DNA of 64,000 nucleotides, taken from the NCBI GenBank assembly GCA_051866635.1, contig JBJDXJ010000063.1:1-64000 (forward strand). Reading direction: 5' to 3'. This document shows positions 20,307 through 31,651 of this stretch, piece by piece (positions within the stretch are counted from its first letter, which is position 1; every line of letters begins with the position of its first letter). The notes under the pieces were generated by a model. It was not told the origin of the DNA, did no database searches, and was given only the letters and a program-made list of their open reading frames with translations. Made by a program: the position numbers and the translations under genes. Source of the DNA: Clostridia bacterium (GTDB taxonomy: Bacteria; Bacillota; Clostridia; UMGS1883).

Positions 20307-22310
20307 TTATCTTGCCAAATATCTATACACCATAACAGCTACTTCACCGCGGGTAATATAATCTTTGGGTCTTGCCCTATCTCCGGAAAGTACCCCCATT
20401 GCCTTCAAGATTTCCCCACTGCCTATTTTTTCAAAATCTGCCCCGTCGGTGTATGTTGATTTATAAATATCATATCCTGCCACTTCCTTGTAGCCTATAA
20501 TATTTATAAGTGTATTAAATGCTTCTTCACGTGTTACATTTCTGTCAGGCTCTGCCAAATCAATATAGCCTTCCTTAACACAGTATTCACTGATTTTGTC
20601 CTTTGCCCAATAGATGGGGATAACGCCACTGTCTTTGCAGGCTAAGAAAAGTTTTACCATATCGGACTGTGTTATATATTCATCAGGCTTAAAAGTATTT
20701 TCAGGCAAGTATATATCATGCTCAAAAAGAGCCTTTATTTCTTTTTCCGCCCAATGGTCTTCGATATCGGTATACGGAACCTTTTCTTCACTTGCCTTAT
20801 ATCGCATTTCACCTGTCAAAGCGTCAATTACAACGCTATTTTTAATAGTTACGCCACCAACGTAGCCGTCAGCAGTATTTACATATGTATTATATAATGG
20901 TGCAATGTCAAAAATAATCTTTTTTGCATCTTCTTCACTTATTACATTCTTAGGGTCGGGGAATGTGGAAACATCCTTATCCCATGAGATATAATAGCTT
21001 GTAACCATATCTTCATTTAAATCGTATGTGACAGATATACTGTTTGAATCGTAGGGAATGGAATTTACCAGTCTTTCGCAATTCATAACAGCACGATTAC
21101 CGCTTTCTTCAAATGTAATTAAGGTGTCCTCTGTTTTATTGTCTGAAAGGGAAGCTGCAAAAGCCTTCAATGCCTCCTCGGGTATGGTATTTTTAGTCTC
21201 TTCCTCTTTTACTTCCATGGTGTATTTTGTTTTGTAAGAATAGATACCTGTAACAACTCCCGTTTCACCTTCATATGTTACACTTACAGTCCTGTCTTCA
21301 TTTGACAAGTCAAAGCTTACATAATATTCTTCATCCATTTTGTAGGAATATATATCATCTACTACCATGCTGTCGTCAAGCTTTAAAAGTTCAAATTTTC
21401 TAAGAAGATTTGCCACATCTTGGGCTTTTACGAGACTTGCCATTTTATCAATCTCGCCTTTTTCCTTATCTGTAAGCACGGCAGAATTTTTGTTTGCTCC
21501 CATTGATATAGAATACTCTTCCACAGCTGAATCTTCCTCGCTTGTTGCATACCTTGAGGCAAATTTTTCTTCAATCTTCTCGCCGTTTTCTCTTGAAACA
21601 TAGCCCTTTTCCAAAGTGTAGTAAAGCTTAACTTCTTTACCGTCATCTTTATATTCAGGTGAATAATGGAGCTTTATGGGGAAATTTTTCAAATAGTCCT
21701 CTTGGTCCAATTCTTTTAAATTGCCATTTGAAAATACAACCTCCTGGTCTAAGAAAGCCGCCGCAGATTGAACAAAGATTTTTTCCTTTGTTGCTCTTAC
21801 CCGTACAATTACATAGTTTGAGTTAACTTTTTCATTTTTATAGTAACGCTGATATGTAAAACTAAAGGTCTTATACCTTCCCGAATATGAGCTTTTTGCC
21901 AAATCTTCCTCATACTTTAAAACATCATCACCCAAAATGTATTCAGGGTATGCTTTTTCAATAAAGCTGTCGGATAAAATTTTTGCATCATCAATCGTAT
22001 AACCGATAAGTGTTCTTTCCCCGTTATACATACCACTTTCGTAATAATTGTATTCAACAATTCTGCCCTTACTGTCGGAGGAAATATAAACTTCCTTATC
22101 ATAGCTTTCATCGTTCCAGTTAAAATCATACCTTAATATACCGTCGTACTTATTTTGTGAATATGAAAATTCTTCTAATTCTTCGGGAATATCAATTTTC
22201 ATCTTCACCTTAGTTAAAACTTCTTCGGCACTTGAATTTTCGCTTGCCAATACAGGAACACAAGTTACTACAATACATAACGCCAACAATAATGATAACA
22301 ATTTTTTCAT
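20307..22310 (-). CDS. SLH-domain cell-surface protein (YcdB/YcdC-like repeats)
   Basis: Signal peptide; VIDALTGE; C-terminal SLH (YTDIEDHWA, ITRGEVA). Confidence 0.8.
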   Translation of the reverse strand: MKKLLSLLLALCIVVTCVPVLASENSSAEEVLTKVKMKIDIPEELEEFSYSQNKYDGILRYDFNWNDESYDKEVYISSDSKGRIVEYNYYESGMYNGERTLIGYTIDDAKILSDSFIEKAYPEYILGDDVLKYEEDLAKSSYSGRYKTFSFTYQRYYKNEKVNSNYVIVRVRATKEKIFVQSAAAFLDQEVVFSNGNLKELDQEDYLKNFPIKLHYSPEYKDDGKEVKLYYTLEKGYVSRENGEKIEEKFASRYATSEEDSAVEEYSISMGANKNSAVLTDKEKGEIDKMASLVKAQDVANLLRKFELLKLDDSMVVDDIYSYKMDEEYYVSFDLSNEDRTVSVTYEGETGVVTGIYSYKTKYTMEVKEEETKNTIPEEALKAFAASLSDNKTEDTLITFEESGNRAVMNCERLVNSIPYDSNSISVTYDLNEDMVTSYYISWDKDVSTFPDPKNVISEEDAKKIIFDIAPLYNTYVNTADGYVGGVTIKNSVVIDALTGEMRYKASEEKVPYTDIEDHWAEKEIKALFEHDIYLPENTFKPDEYITQSDMVKLFLACKDSGVIPIYWAKDKISEYCVKEGYIDLAEPDRNVTREEAFNTLINIIGYKEVAGYDIYKSTYTDGADFEKIGSGEILKAMGVLSGDRARPKDYITRGEVAVMVYRYLAR

Positions 22311-22321
22311 AAATATCACTC

Positions 22322-22969
22322 CTATAAATTTTCAGAAATTCCATTAAAATCTTTTATATAAAAATCTGCTACACTTTCCATTTCCTTTTTAAATGCATCC
22401 CAGCGTTTATCCCATACGCAAACGACCTTTGCACCTGTGCTTTTAGCTGTTTTTACCGCCTCGGGCACATCTTCAAAAATAACACATTCCTTTATATTAA
22501 CCCCAAGCCTTTCCGCCGCTAAGTTATACACATGTGGGTCACGCTTACTTATACCCGTTTCATCAGTTGATATAAATACGTCAAATAAGTCATATACACC
22601 AGTGTTTTTCATTGCCGCTTCGTAAAGGGTTTTACTTGAACTTGTTGCCAGTGCAATTTTCACACCTTGCCCTTTCAGCTTTTCCATGTACTCTTTTGCA
22701 CCGCTTCTTAATTTAATGTTATTTGCATATTCAAAAAGTGCTCTTTCGTCCCATTCACGCATTAAATCTTCTACTGTATCTTTAAGATTAAACCGCTTTA
22801 TGGAATACTTTGCACATTCTTCACCTGTCATAGAGCTTATTATGTGTGCATAATCATCGGGAACACCGATGCCCCTTGCCTGAAGAAAGTCCACATCAAT
22901 TTTATCCCACACGGAAATGGAATCAAGTATTGTTCCGTCCATATCAAATATGGCACCTTTAAATCTCAT
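22322..22969 (-). CDS. HAD-family phosphatase
   Basis: IFDMDGT, LATSS, K.DP, VIFED. Confidence 0.92.
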   Translation of the reverse strand: MRFKGAIFDMDGTILDSISVWDKIDVDFLQARGIGVPDDYAHIISSMTGEECAKYSIKRFNLKDTVEDLMREWDERALFEYANNIKLRSGAKEYMEKLKGQGVKIALATSSSKTLYEAAMKNTGVYDLFDVFISTDETGISKRDPHVYNLAAERLGVNIKECVIFEDVPEAVKTAKSTGAKVVCVWDKRWDAFKKEMESVADFYIKDFNGISENL

Positions 22970-24396
22970 TCTGTTATCATCTCCAATGCTTTCACAATGA
23001 AATCAACTGTTTCACCAAGGCTTGACACTTCCCATCTTTCCTTTGGTGAATGTACATCATAAAGCTGAGGCCCTGCACTGACCATCTGCATATTAGGTTT
23101 AACCGATGCGAAGAATGCACATTCCAATCCCGCATGTACACCGCCTACCTTCAATTCATTACCCGTTACTTCGTAATAGGCCTTTTTCATAATTCTTATT
23201 AAATCATTTTCTCCCTTTTCTTCCCATATGGGATTTTCGGAGGGAATGGACAATTTGTATCCGTATACCCTTGCCAAAGCCTTTGCCACCCTTTTTCTTT
23301 CTTGGGAATGGAATTTTGAGCTGCTTCGTGCAAGCACTTCAATATGAAGATTATCATTTGTTTTTAAAACACCGATGTTCTGACTTGTCTCCACAAAATC
23401 CGGGGTGTATTTACTCATGTAAAATACGCCTGAATGTAAGCTTACAAGGAAGTTAATAAGTTTTTCTTTATCTTCATCACTTATTTTATCAGCGGAACAT
23501 ACATTTTCAAATGCAAATTTAACATTTACTTCGTTAGGGTATTCTTCTTTGATTGCATTTTCAAATTTCTCTGCAATCAATTTCACCTTATCTTTTTCAT
23601 TTGTTACAATCACGCATTCCGCTTCGGCACAGATTGCGTTCTTAACCCGTCCCCCTTCAAATAAGCTAAGGTCAAATTCTACACCATTTTCACCAAGCTC
23701 ATCCAAAAATTCAGCCATAAGTTTTATTGCATTGCCACGGGGCAAATTAATATCACAACCGCTATGACCGCCTAAAAGATGCATTATTTTAACACTTAAA
23801 GCGTCCTTTTCTTCTTCGTATTTAACTCTTTTCAAATCAGAGTTAAAAATAATTTCCACAGTGTTGGAGCAAGATGAAGAAATGCTGTCCTTTTCTTCCC
23901 AGTCAAGATTTAACAGGTACTTTCCGTCAAGGTACTTAATATCTAAGTTTTCCGCACCCTTCATGCTTGTTTCTTCCTCAACTGTAAATATTCCTCGGAT
24001 TTTGGGGTGCTTTAAGGTGTTGTCCGATAAAATATAAAGCATCATTGCAACGCCTGCACCGTCATCAGCACCAAGGCTTGTGCCTTTAGCCTTTAAAAAG
24101 TCACCGTCACGGTAAATTTCCACGCTGTCTGTTATGGGGTCATATTCCTTGTCACTTTCTGCAACACATACCATATCCATATGACTTTGAAGTATTACAC
24201 AAGGTGCGTTTTCATATCCCCGCCTTGCCTCTTTTTCCATAATAACATTGCCGTAGGAATCCATTTCGCACTTTAAATTATGTTCCTTTGCCCAATTTAC
24301 AAGGTATTCACCAATAGCTTTTTCATTGCCCGAGCCGTGCGGGATAACCGAAAACCTTAAAAACTCGTCTATTACTTTTTTTGCCTTTGAATCCAT
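22966..24396 (-). CDS. pepD: Aminoacyl-histidine (beta-Ala-His) dipeptidase, M20
   Basis: PHGSGNE, QSHMDMV, LGADDG, TVEEE, GGHSG, HAGLEC. Confidence 0.92.
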   Translation of the reverse strand: MDSKAKKVIDEFLRFSVIPHGSGNEKAIGEYLVNWAKEHNLKCEMDSYGNVIMEKEARRGYENAPCVILQSHMDMVCVAESDKEYDPITDSVEIYRDGDFLKAKGTSLGADDGAGVAMMLYILSDNTLKHPKIRGIFTVEEETSMKGAENLDIKYLDGKYLLNLDWEEKDSISSSCSNTVEIIFNSDLKRVKYEEEKDALSVKIMHLLGGHSGCDINLPRGNAIKLMAEFLDELGENGVEFDLSLFEGGRVKNAICAEAECVIVTNEKDKVKLIAEKFENAIKEEYPNEVNVKFAFENVCSADKISDEDKEKLINFLVSLHSGVFYMSKYTPDFVETSQNIGVLKTNDNLHIEVLARSSSKFHSQERKRVAKALARVYGYKLSIPSENPIWEEKGENDLIRIMKKAYYEVTGNELKVGGVHAGLECAFFASVKPNMQMVSAGPQLYDVHSPKERWEVSSLGETVDFIVKALEMITE

Positions 24397-24458
24397 ATTT
24401 ACACACCTCTGTATATAATACTTTTTACACTCCCAAAAAGTTGCAACCATTTTAAAAA

Positions 24459-24617
24459 GGGTCTGCAAAAAAAGTCAGCACTTATAACAAAAAGACCATT
24501 TCGGGACTGTCCCAACAAAACCTCGCAAGGTTTCTTTGGCAAATTGTCTCCCAATTTGCCATAAGGGGGACTGTCCCAAATGTTCTTAACTTATTTATTA
24601 GACTTTTTTGCAGCCCC
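24459..24617. mobile_element. About 160-bp MITE-like structured repeat, copy 1
   Basis: Terminal IRs GGGTCTGCAAAAAAAGTC / GACTTTTTTGCAGCCCC; 99-bp core (24484-24582) identical to copy 3. Confidence 0.8.
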
Positions 24618-24623
24618 TTTTAA

Positions 24624-25652
24624 TTAGTAGGGTAAATTAAAGCTTTCAGATATTCCGTTATCTATTCCTACATCAGCCATATCAATTTTCCAATAAGCAC
24701 CCAAATTCCACACTGTTCCCTTTGTTACAAGGTTAAGTGATGTTAAATTGTACTTTGAAAAATACAGTTTATTATATTCCTCGCTCATATCCCAGATAAA
24801 TGTTTTATCGTTATTTGAGAAATTATCCGTCATGTCATTTTTGTTATATATACCAACAGTAACAGTGGCTAACGGGTTATCACCGCTCAAATGGCAAACC
24901 ATTGCTTCTGTATTGCCCTGTCTTTCTCCATTTGTTTCACCCTTAGGGGTTGTTCTTACATACAAATCATCATCAAAGTTGCAATAACGTGAAAAATCCT
25001 TATTTACAGAAGCCATTGCCGTATATGACAGTGCCATCTTAACATCACGCACAAATTCTACCTTAGTATCAAGGTTTACGGTATCACCAACCATTGTGTA
25101 AACCCTTTCAACATTGGCATAGGGCAAGTGTTCCTCATTTGCAAGAAGTATTGTGGTATTTTCCACAATTACAAGTCTGTTGACATACTTTGACTGACCA
25201 ACCTCAAGAGAAAAAACTTCACCTGTTACGGCATCCATCATACTGAGTGAAACAAGTCTTTCACTGCCGTGATTGCCGCCTGTAAATTCCAGGTTTTGAG
25301 TAACCGGGTTAAACACCCTGAAAACATACTCCCAGTCTGTTCCGCCGCCGATAACAACATTTTCAGTATATCTGTTGCCTATCTTCATGTCACCTAAGTT
25401 CCAAGTTCCCCATTCGGTGCGACAAAACTGTACAACAATATGTTTTCCCTTATTATCGGTATAATACATTTCATACATATTCTGTTTCGGTCTTAATACA
25501 GTCATATCACAGTGTGCTATATTTGTATTATAGTATCTGTGAGTTTCCAGCACCAACTCCGCAATGCCGTCGCTTACAACCTTCGACGCATAAACATTCA
25601 CAGATGAAAATGCCATAATAAGTATCAATATAATTGCCGTTATTTTTTTCAC
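24624..25652 (-). CDS. Secreted hypothetical protein
   Basis: GTG start after GGAGG; signal peptide ending VYA; no recognised domain. Confidence 0.75.
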   Translation of the reverse strand: MKKITAIILILIMAFSSVNVYASKVVSDGIAELVLETHRYYNTNIAHCDMTVLRPKQNMYEMYYTDNKGKHIVVQFCRTEWGTWNLGDMKIGNRYTENVVIGGGTDWEYVFRVFNPVTQNLEFTGGNHGSERLVSLSMMDAVTGEVFSLEVGQSKYVNRLVIVENTTILLANEEHLPYANVERVYTMVGDTVNLDTKVEFVRDVKMALSYTAMASVNKDFSRYCNFDDDLYVRTTPKGETNGERQGNTEAMVCHLSGDNPLATVTVGIYNKNDMTDNFSNNDKTFIWDMSEEYNKLYFSKYNLTSLNLVTKGTVWNLGAYWKIDMADVGIDNGISESFNLPY

Positions 25653-25670
25653 AACACATTCCTCCGAATA

Positions 25671-26471
25671 TTATTCAGCATCCAAATGGCTTCTTTTTAC
25701 AATATCTTTTATATTGCTCATATCCATTTTGCCGCCGTGTACCTTTTTTAAATACATAAGATATTCAATATTCCCTTCAGGTCCCCTGACAGGGGAAAAA
25801 TCAACCCCGACCACAGAAAATCCCATTTCCTCTGCAAAAAGAATAACATTCTTTATAACAGACTCATGAATATTTTTATCCTTTACAACACCCTTTTTAC
25901 CAACGTTGCCCCGTCCTGCTTCAAACTGGGGCTTAATAAGTGCCATAAGCTCCCCGCCATCATTCAAAAGATTATATGCAACAGGTAAAACAAGCTTCAG
26001 CGAAATAAACGCCACATCTATAGATATAAAGTCAATATCTTCACCAATGTCTTTCTTGGTTACACTCCGTATGTTTGTTTTTTCCATATTGACAACACGT
26101 TCATCTTCCCTGAGCTTTTCCGCCAACTGACCGCTTCCCACATCCACCGCAAAAACCTTTTTTGCTCCGTTTTGAAGCATGCAATCAGTAAAACCGCCTG
26201 TGGATGCACCTATGTCCATGCACACCTTATCTTTAAGTAATATGTTAAAAGCCTTTATTGCTTTTTCAATTTTTAAGCCTCCACGGCTTACGTATTTTAA
26301 CGTATCACCCACAATGCGGATTTCATCGCCTTCGCTTAAGGTATAGCTTGCCTTGTCCCTTGGCTCATTATTTACAAAAACCTTGCCTTCTTTTATAAGG
26401 TTTTTTGCCGCCTCACGGCTTTGACAAAGCCCCAGTTCCACAAGGTGCACATCAAGTCTCTTCTTTGTCAT
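25671..26471 (-). CDS. tlyA: TlyA-family rRNA 2'-O-methyltransferase
   Basis: S4 domain RLDV, YVSRGGLK, DIGASTGGFTD, LIKPQFE, GPEGNIEY. Confidence 0.96.
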   Translation of the reverse strand: MTKKRLDVHLVELGLCQSREAAKNLIKEGKVFVNNEPRDKASYTLSEGDEIRIVGDTLKYVSRGGLKIEKAIKAFNILLKDKVCMDIGASTGGFTDCMLQNGAKKVFAVDVGSGQLAEKLREDERVVNMEKTNIRSVTKKDIGEDIDFISIDVAFISLKLVLPVAYNLLNDGGELMALIKPQFEAGRGNVGKKGVVKDKNIHESVIKNVILFAEEMGFSVVGVDFSPVRGPEGNIEYLMYLKKVHGGKMDMSNIKDIVKRSHLDAE

Positions 26472-28332
26472 GTATCATTTCCTTTTCTATTCTTTCAGCT
26501 ATGCTTCTGCCGTCAAGGGCATATTTTTTGAGAATATCATCATAAGATCCGTGTTCAACAAAGCTGTCAAGACCTATGGCAACATACTTTGCCGCTACAC
26601 CCATTTCGGATAATTTTGCAATAATATTCTCGCCCATTCCACCACGGAGTACGCCTTGCTCCACAGTAACAAGAAATCCTGTTTTCATAACGCTTTCTTT
26701 TACTGTATCAACATCCATCGGAACTATTGTACGCGGGTTAATCACATCGGCTTCTATGCCCTTATCTGAAAGGTACTGTGCAGCTTTCATGGCATGAGGA
26801 AGGCTTACACCTTCACTTAAAATTGTCACACCGTTGCCATGGCGTACATATTGGCACTCTGCAGGTTTAAACTCACCTGAATTATATTTATATTCACAGT
26901 TTCCTCTGGGATAGCGTACAACTACAGGTCCGTCACACTCATTCACTGCATACCTTAACATTTTCCTCAGTTCGTCAAATGAACAGGGTGACAGAATTGT
27001 TATATTTGGCACAGAGGAGAAAAACGCAATGTCATGTATTCCCTGGTGCGTTTTACCGTCACAAGGTACAAGCCCTGCACGGTCTATTGCAAAAACCACA
27101 TGCATATTTCCCACCGCAACATCATGTATGATAGAATCATAAGCACGCTGGGCAAAGGAGGAATACAAGCTTACAACCGGTATAACCCCGGCACCTGCAA
27201 GTCCGCCTGCAAAAGTAACAGCATGGGCTTCCGCTATACCTACATCGTAAAACTTATGAGGAAATTCTTTTTCAAAGCCTGCCAATCCGCTTCCCAAAGT
27301 CATTGCAGGCGTAATAATTGCAACATTGTCCTTTTCCCTTGCAATGGCACACATTTCCTCACCGAAAACAGACGAATAAGTTTCCCCGGAGCTTTCTGTA
27401 ACGCCAACCATTTTATTGAAAGGTGACACACCGTGATACTTTGAAGGTTCCTTTTCCGCAAAGCTGTAGCCTTTACCCTTCTTTGTTATAACATGAACCA
27501 TAACAGGCTCATTCAATTTCAAAGCACGCCTGAAGGTTTCTTCCATTTTACGTATATCATGACCGTCTATGGGTCCCAGATATGTTACACCCAATTCTTC
27601 AAAAAGCACACCGGGAGTTACAAGATACTTCACATGTTCCTTAGTCCGTCTTATAACATTTGCTATACTTTGTCCGTACTTAGGAAGCCTTTCCAAAGCC
27701 GAATCAACATCCTTTTTTGACTGAACATATTTCATATTTGTTCTTGCCTTTGTAAGATACTCGTTTAATGCACCTACATTTTCTGAAATTGACATTTCGT
27801 TATCGTTTAATACAATAAGCATACTTCTTCCTGTATGACCTATATTATTCAATCCCTCTATTGCCAGACCGCCCGACAATGCACCGTCACCTATAACTGC
27901 GGCAACATTATACTTTTCACCTAACAAATCCCTTGCACATGCGGCACCTAACGCCAAGGAAAGAGATGTTGACGTATGACCTGAAACATAAGGGTCGTAC
28001 CGGCTCTCTCTCGGGTCACAAAAACCGCACTCACCGTCCAAACTACGAAGAGTTTTGAAATTTTCCCGTCTTCCGGATAATATTTTATGAGTATAACTCT
28101 GGTGTCCCACATCCCATATAAGCTTGTCTGTAGGCAATCTTAAAACCCTATGTAAAGCAATTGTCAATTCAACCGCACCTAAATTAGAGGCAAGATGGCC
28201 CCCTTGCTTTGCTGTAATATCTATAATAATTTCTCTGATTTCTTGTGCCAATAAATTCAGCTGTGCTGTATTTAGTTTCATAAGACTTTCACGGTCATTA
28301 ATTTTATCAATTAATCTGTCCACAAAATGCAA
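26452..28332 (-). CDS. dxs: 1-deoxy-D-xylulose-5-phosphate synthase
   Basis: GGHLASNLG, WDVGHQSY, GDGAL, LNDNEMSI, DRAGLV, RYPRG. Confidence 0.97.
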   Translation of the reverse strand: MHFVDRLIDKINDRESLMKLNTAQLNLLAQEIREIIIDITAKQGGHLASNLGAVELTIALHRVLRLPTDKLIWDVGHQSYTHKILSGRRENFKTLRSLDGECGFCDPRESRYDPYVSGHTSTSLSLALGAACARDLLGEKYNVAAVIGDGALSGGLAIEGLNNIGHTGRSMLIVLNDNEMSISENVGALNEYLTKARTNMKYVQSKKDVDSALERLPKYGQSIANVIRRTKEHVKYLVTPGVLFEELGVTYLGPIDGHDIRKMEETFRRALKLNEPVMVHVITKKGKGYSFAEKEPSKYHGVSPFNKMVGVTESSGETYSSVFGEEMCAIAREKDNVAIITPAMTLGSGLAGFEKEFPHKFYDVGIAEAHAVTFAGGLAGAGVIPVVSLYSSFAQRAYDSIIHDVAVGNMHVVFAIDRAGLVPCDGKTHQGIHDIAFFSSVPNITILSPCSFDELRKMLRYAVNECDGPVVVRYPRGNCEYKYNSGEFKPAECQYVRHGNGVTILSEGVSLPHAMKAAQYLSDKGIEADVINPRTIVPMDVDTVKESVMKTGFLVTVEQGVLRGGMGENIIAKLSEMGVAAKYVAIGLDSFVEHGSYDDILKKYALDGRSIAERIEKEMIHDKEET

Positions 28333-28465
28333 CCTCCTTTTTCAGGATATGACAAAAATATCTATTAAACATTATAGCACAATCATTTTGTATTGTAAAG
28401 TTTTGATGTTTGGAATAGTTGCACAATTTTTGCTAATTATGAAGTTTACTTAAAAGAAAAAATAA

Positions 28466-28620
28466 GGGGCTGTGAAAAGCAATTAGATAACAAAAAGACC
28501 ATTTCGGGACTGTCCCAACAAAACCTCGCAAGGTTTCTTTGGCAAATTGTCTCCCAATTTGCCATAAGGGGGACTGAACCGAATGGTCTTAACTTATTTA
28601 TTAGACTTTTTTACAGCCTC
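28466..28620. mobile_element. MITE-like structured repeat, copy 2
   Basis: GGGGCTGTGAAAAG ... GACTTTTTTACAGCCTC ends; 90-bp core (28487-28576) identical to the other copies. Confidence 0.8.
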
Positions 28621-28678
28621 TTAAAATCACAAGTATTTTAATGAAAAGTTAAGAGGTGATAGTGAATAGTGAATAAGT

Positions 28679-28716
28679 AAAAATCGACAAGCCTTTTGCA
28701 AGCCTTGTCGATTTTT
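28679..28716 (-). terminator. Terminator after tRNA-Leu
   Basis: AAAAATCGACAAG...CTTGTCGATTTTT directly after the CCA end. Confidence 0.75.
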
Positions 28717-28798
28717 GGTGCGAGAGGCGGGACTTGAACCCGCATGGTCTCCCACACGCACCTTAAACGTGCGCGTCTGCCGATTCCGCCACTCTCGC
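28716..28798 (-). tRNA. tRNA-Leu, anticodon AAG (83 nt, encoded CCA)
   Basis: GCGAGAG/CTCTCGC acceptor stem, GGCAGACGC D-arm, CACGT-TTAAGGT-GCGTG anticodon arm, long variable arm, GGTTCAAGT T-loop, ACCA. Confidence 0.93.
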
Positions 28799-28828
28799 AT
28801 ATCTATTCGTTTTTCAACGACAGGATTT

Positions 28829-28857
28829 ATTATAACAGCACTGAAGCGATTTGTCAA
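28829..28857 (-). promoter_or_regulatory. Consensus sigma-A promoter of tRNA-Leu
   Basis: TTGACA, 17-nt spacer, TATAAT with extended TG. Confidence 0.85.
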
Positions 28858-28900
28858 CACAAAATCAAGAAATTTTTGAATTTTTTTGCAAAAATCACTT

Positions 28901-29365
28901 TTACATAATTTTAAGTACCGCATCAGGTACAAACATGGATACATCCTTGCCGAAACTTTTCAGTTCTTTAACCATAGAAGAAGACACAGCTACATTATCT
29001 GCCCTGAAATATACGTATTCTAAATTGGGGTTAATAAGCTTATTAATTTCCGCTATGTTTTCCTCGTAGTTGTAATCCATATTGTTCCTGAGGCCCCTAA
29101 TCATGTATTTTATATTGTTATCAGATGCATATTCCGCAACAAGACCCTCATGGATAACCACGATACAATTTGTAATTGAGTTTTCTTTCAATGCATTTTC
29201 TATGGCGGTTTTCATTTTTTCGCTTTCGTAATCACGCTTTTTATTTGCATTAATTCCGATTAATATATGTACTGTGTTAAAAAGTTTCGATGCTTTCCTC
29301 ACCACATCAAGATGACCCTTTGTAAATGGGTCAAAGCTACCGGGATAAATTGCACTGTTGTTCAT
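28901..29365 (-). CDS. coaD: Pantetheine-phosphate adenylyltransferase
   Basis: IYPGSFDPFTKGH, IRGLR, VSSSMVKE. Confidence 0.96.
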   Translation of the reverse strand: MNNSAIYPGSFDPFTKGHLDVVRKASKLFNTVHILIGINANKKRDYESEKMKTAIENALKENSITNCIVVIHEGLVAEYASDNNIKYMIRGLRNNMDYNYEENIAEINKLINPNLEYVYFRADNVAVSSSMVKELKSFGKDVSMFVPDAVLKIM

Positions 29366-29439
29366 TTTCTCTCACTCACATTTCCGTGTATTTTAAATTA
29401 TTGTTACTCCATTAATTCTACTATTTTAAAAGAATTCTG

Positions 29440-29500
29440 TCAACCAAAATAAAAAAGAAAGGATTTTGAAAAGCCAAAATCCTTTCTTTTATTTTGGTTG
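29440..29500 (-). terminator. groEL terminator
   Basis: CAACCAAAATAAAAAAGAAAGGATTTTG...CAAAATCCTTTCTTTTATTTTGGTTG. Confidence 0.75.
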
Positions 29501-29509
29501 TGTATTTAA

Positions 29510-31162
<1,653 letters not shown>

Positions 31163-31189
31163 TCATTCCTTTCAAACTTTAATCAATCT

Positions 31190-31477
31190 TTAATCAATTT
31201 TAGCCAAAATGTCTGATTGACGAACAATCTTATATTCAACGCCGTCAAGCTTAACTTCAGTACCGGCATACTGCGAAAGAATAACCTTATCGCCTACTTC
31301 TACTTCCATTTTTACTTCTTTGCCGTCAATTACACCGCCGGGACCTACAGCCAATACGTTTGCATAAACGGGCTTTTCCTTAGCTGTACCCGTAAGAACG
31401 ATACCGCTTTTTGTCTGGCTTTCTTCAACTTCTGCCATTTTTACAACTACTCTGTCTCCTAAAGGTTTAATTGTCAT
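31190..31477 (-). CDS. groS: Co-chaperonin GroES
   Basis: IKPLGDRV, TKSGIVL, AVGPG, QYAGTEVK. Confidence 0.98.
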   Translation of the reverse strand: MTIKPLGDRVVVKMAEVEESQTKSGIVLTGTAKEKPVYANVLAVGPGGVIDGKEVKMEVEVGDKVILSQYAGTEVKLDGVEYKIVRQSDILAKID

Positions 31478-31501
31478 TATAATTACCTCCCAATTATTTT
31501 G

Positions 31502-31528
31502 TTAGCACTCACTAAAGGTGACTGCTAA
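31502..31528. promoter_or_regulatory. CIRCE element (HrcA operator)
   Basis: TTAGCACTC-N9-GACTGCTAA, one mismatch to consensus, upstream of groES; promoter TTGCAA-17-TATTAT at 31569-31541. Confidence 0.92.
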
Positions 31529-31651
31529 TACTTTATTAGAATAATAGCACACAGATTTAATTATTGCAAGTGTTAATTGTTTTATTTTTGTTTTATTGGA
31601 AATAAATTCATCATTTGTTCATATATATTATATACCGGGAGAGTGATAATA

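Noticed and set aside
28658-28676. AGTGAAT short tandem repeat
   Set aside because: Only about two units; not significant
28716-28798. tRNA-Leu(TAA) reading, and tRNA as an integration site
   Set aside because: The TAA register gives a poorly paired stem; no integrase or duplicated tRNA 3' end was seen in the window
28627-28944. 105-aa ORF across the tRNA
   Set aside because: Overlaps tRNA-Leu, its promoter and its terminator; spurious
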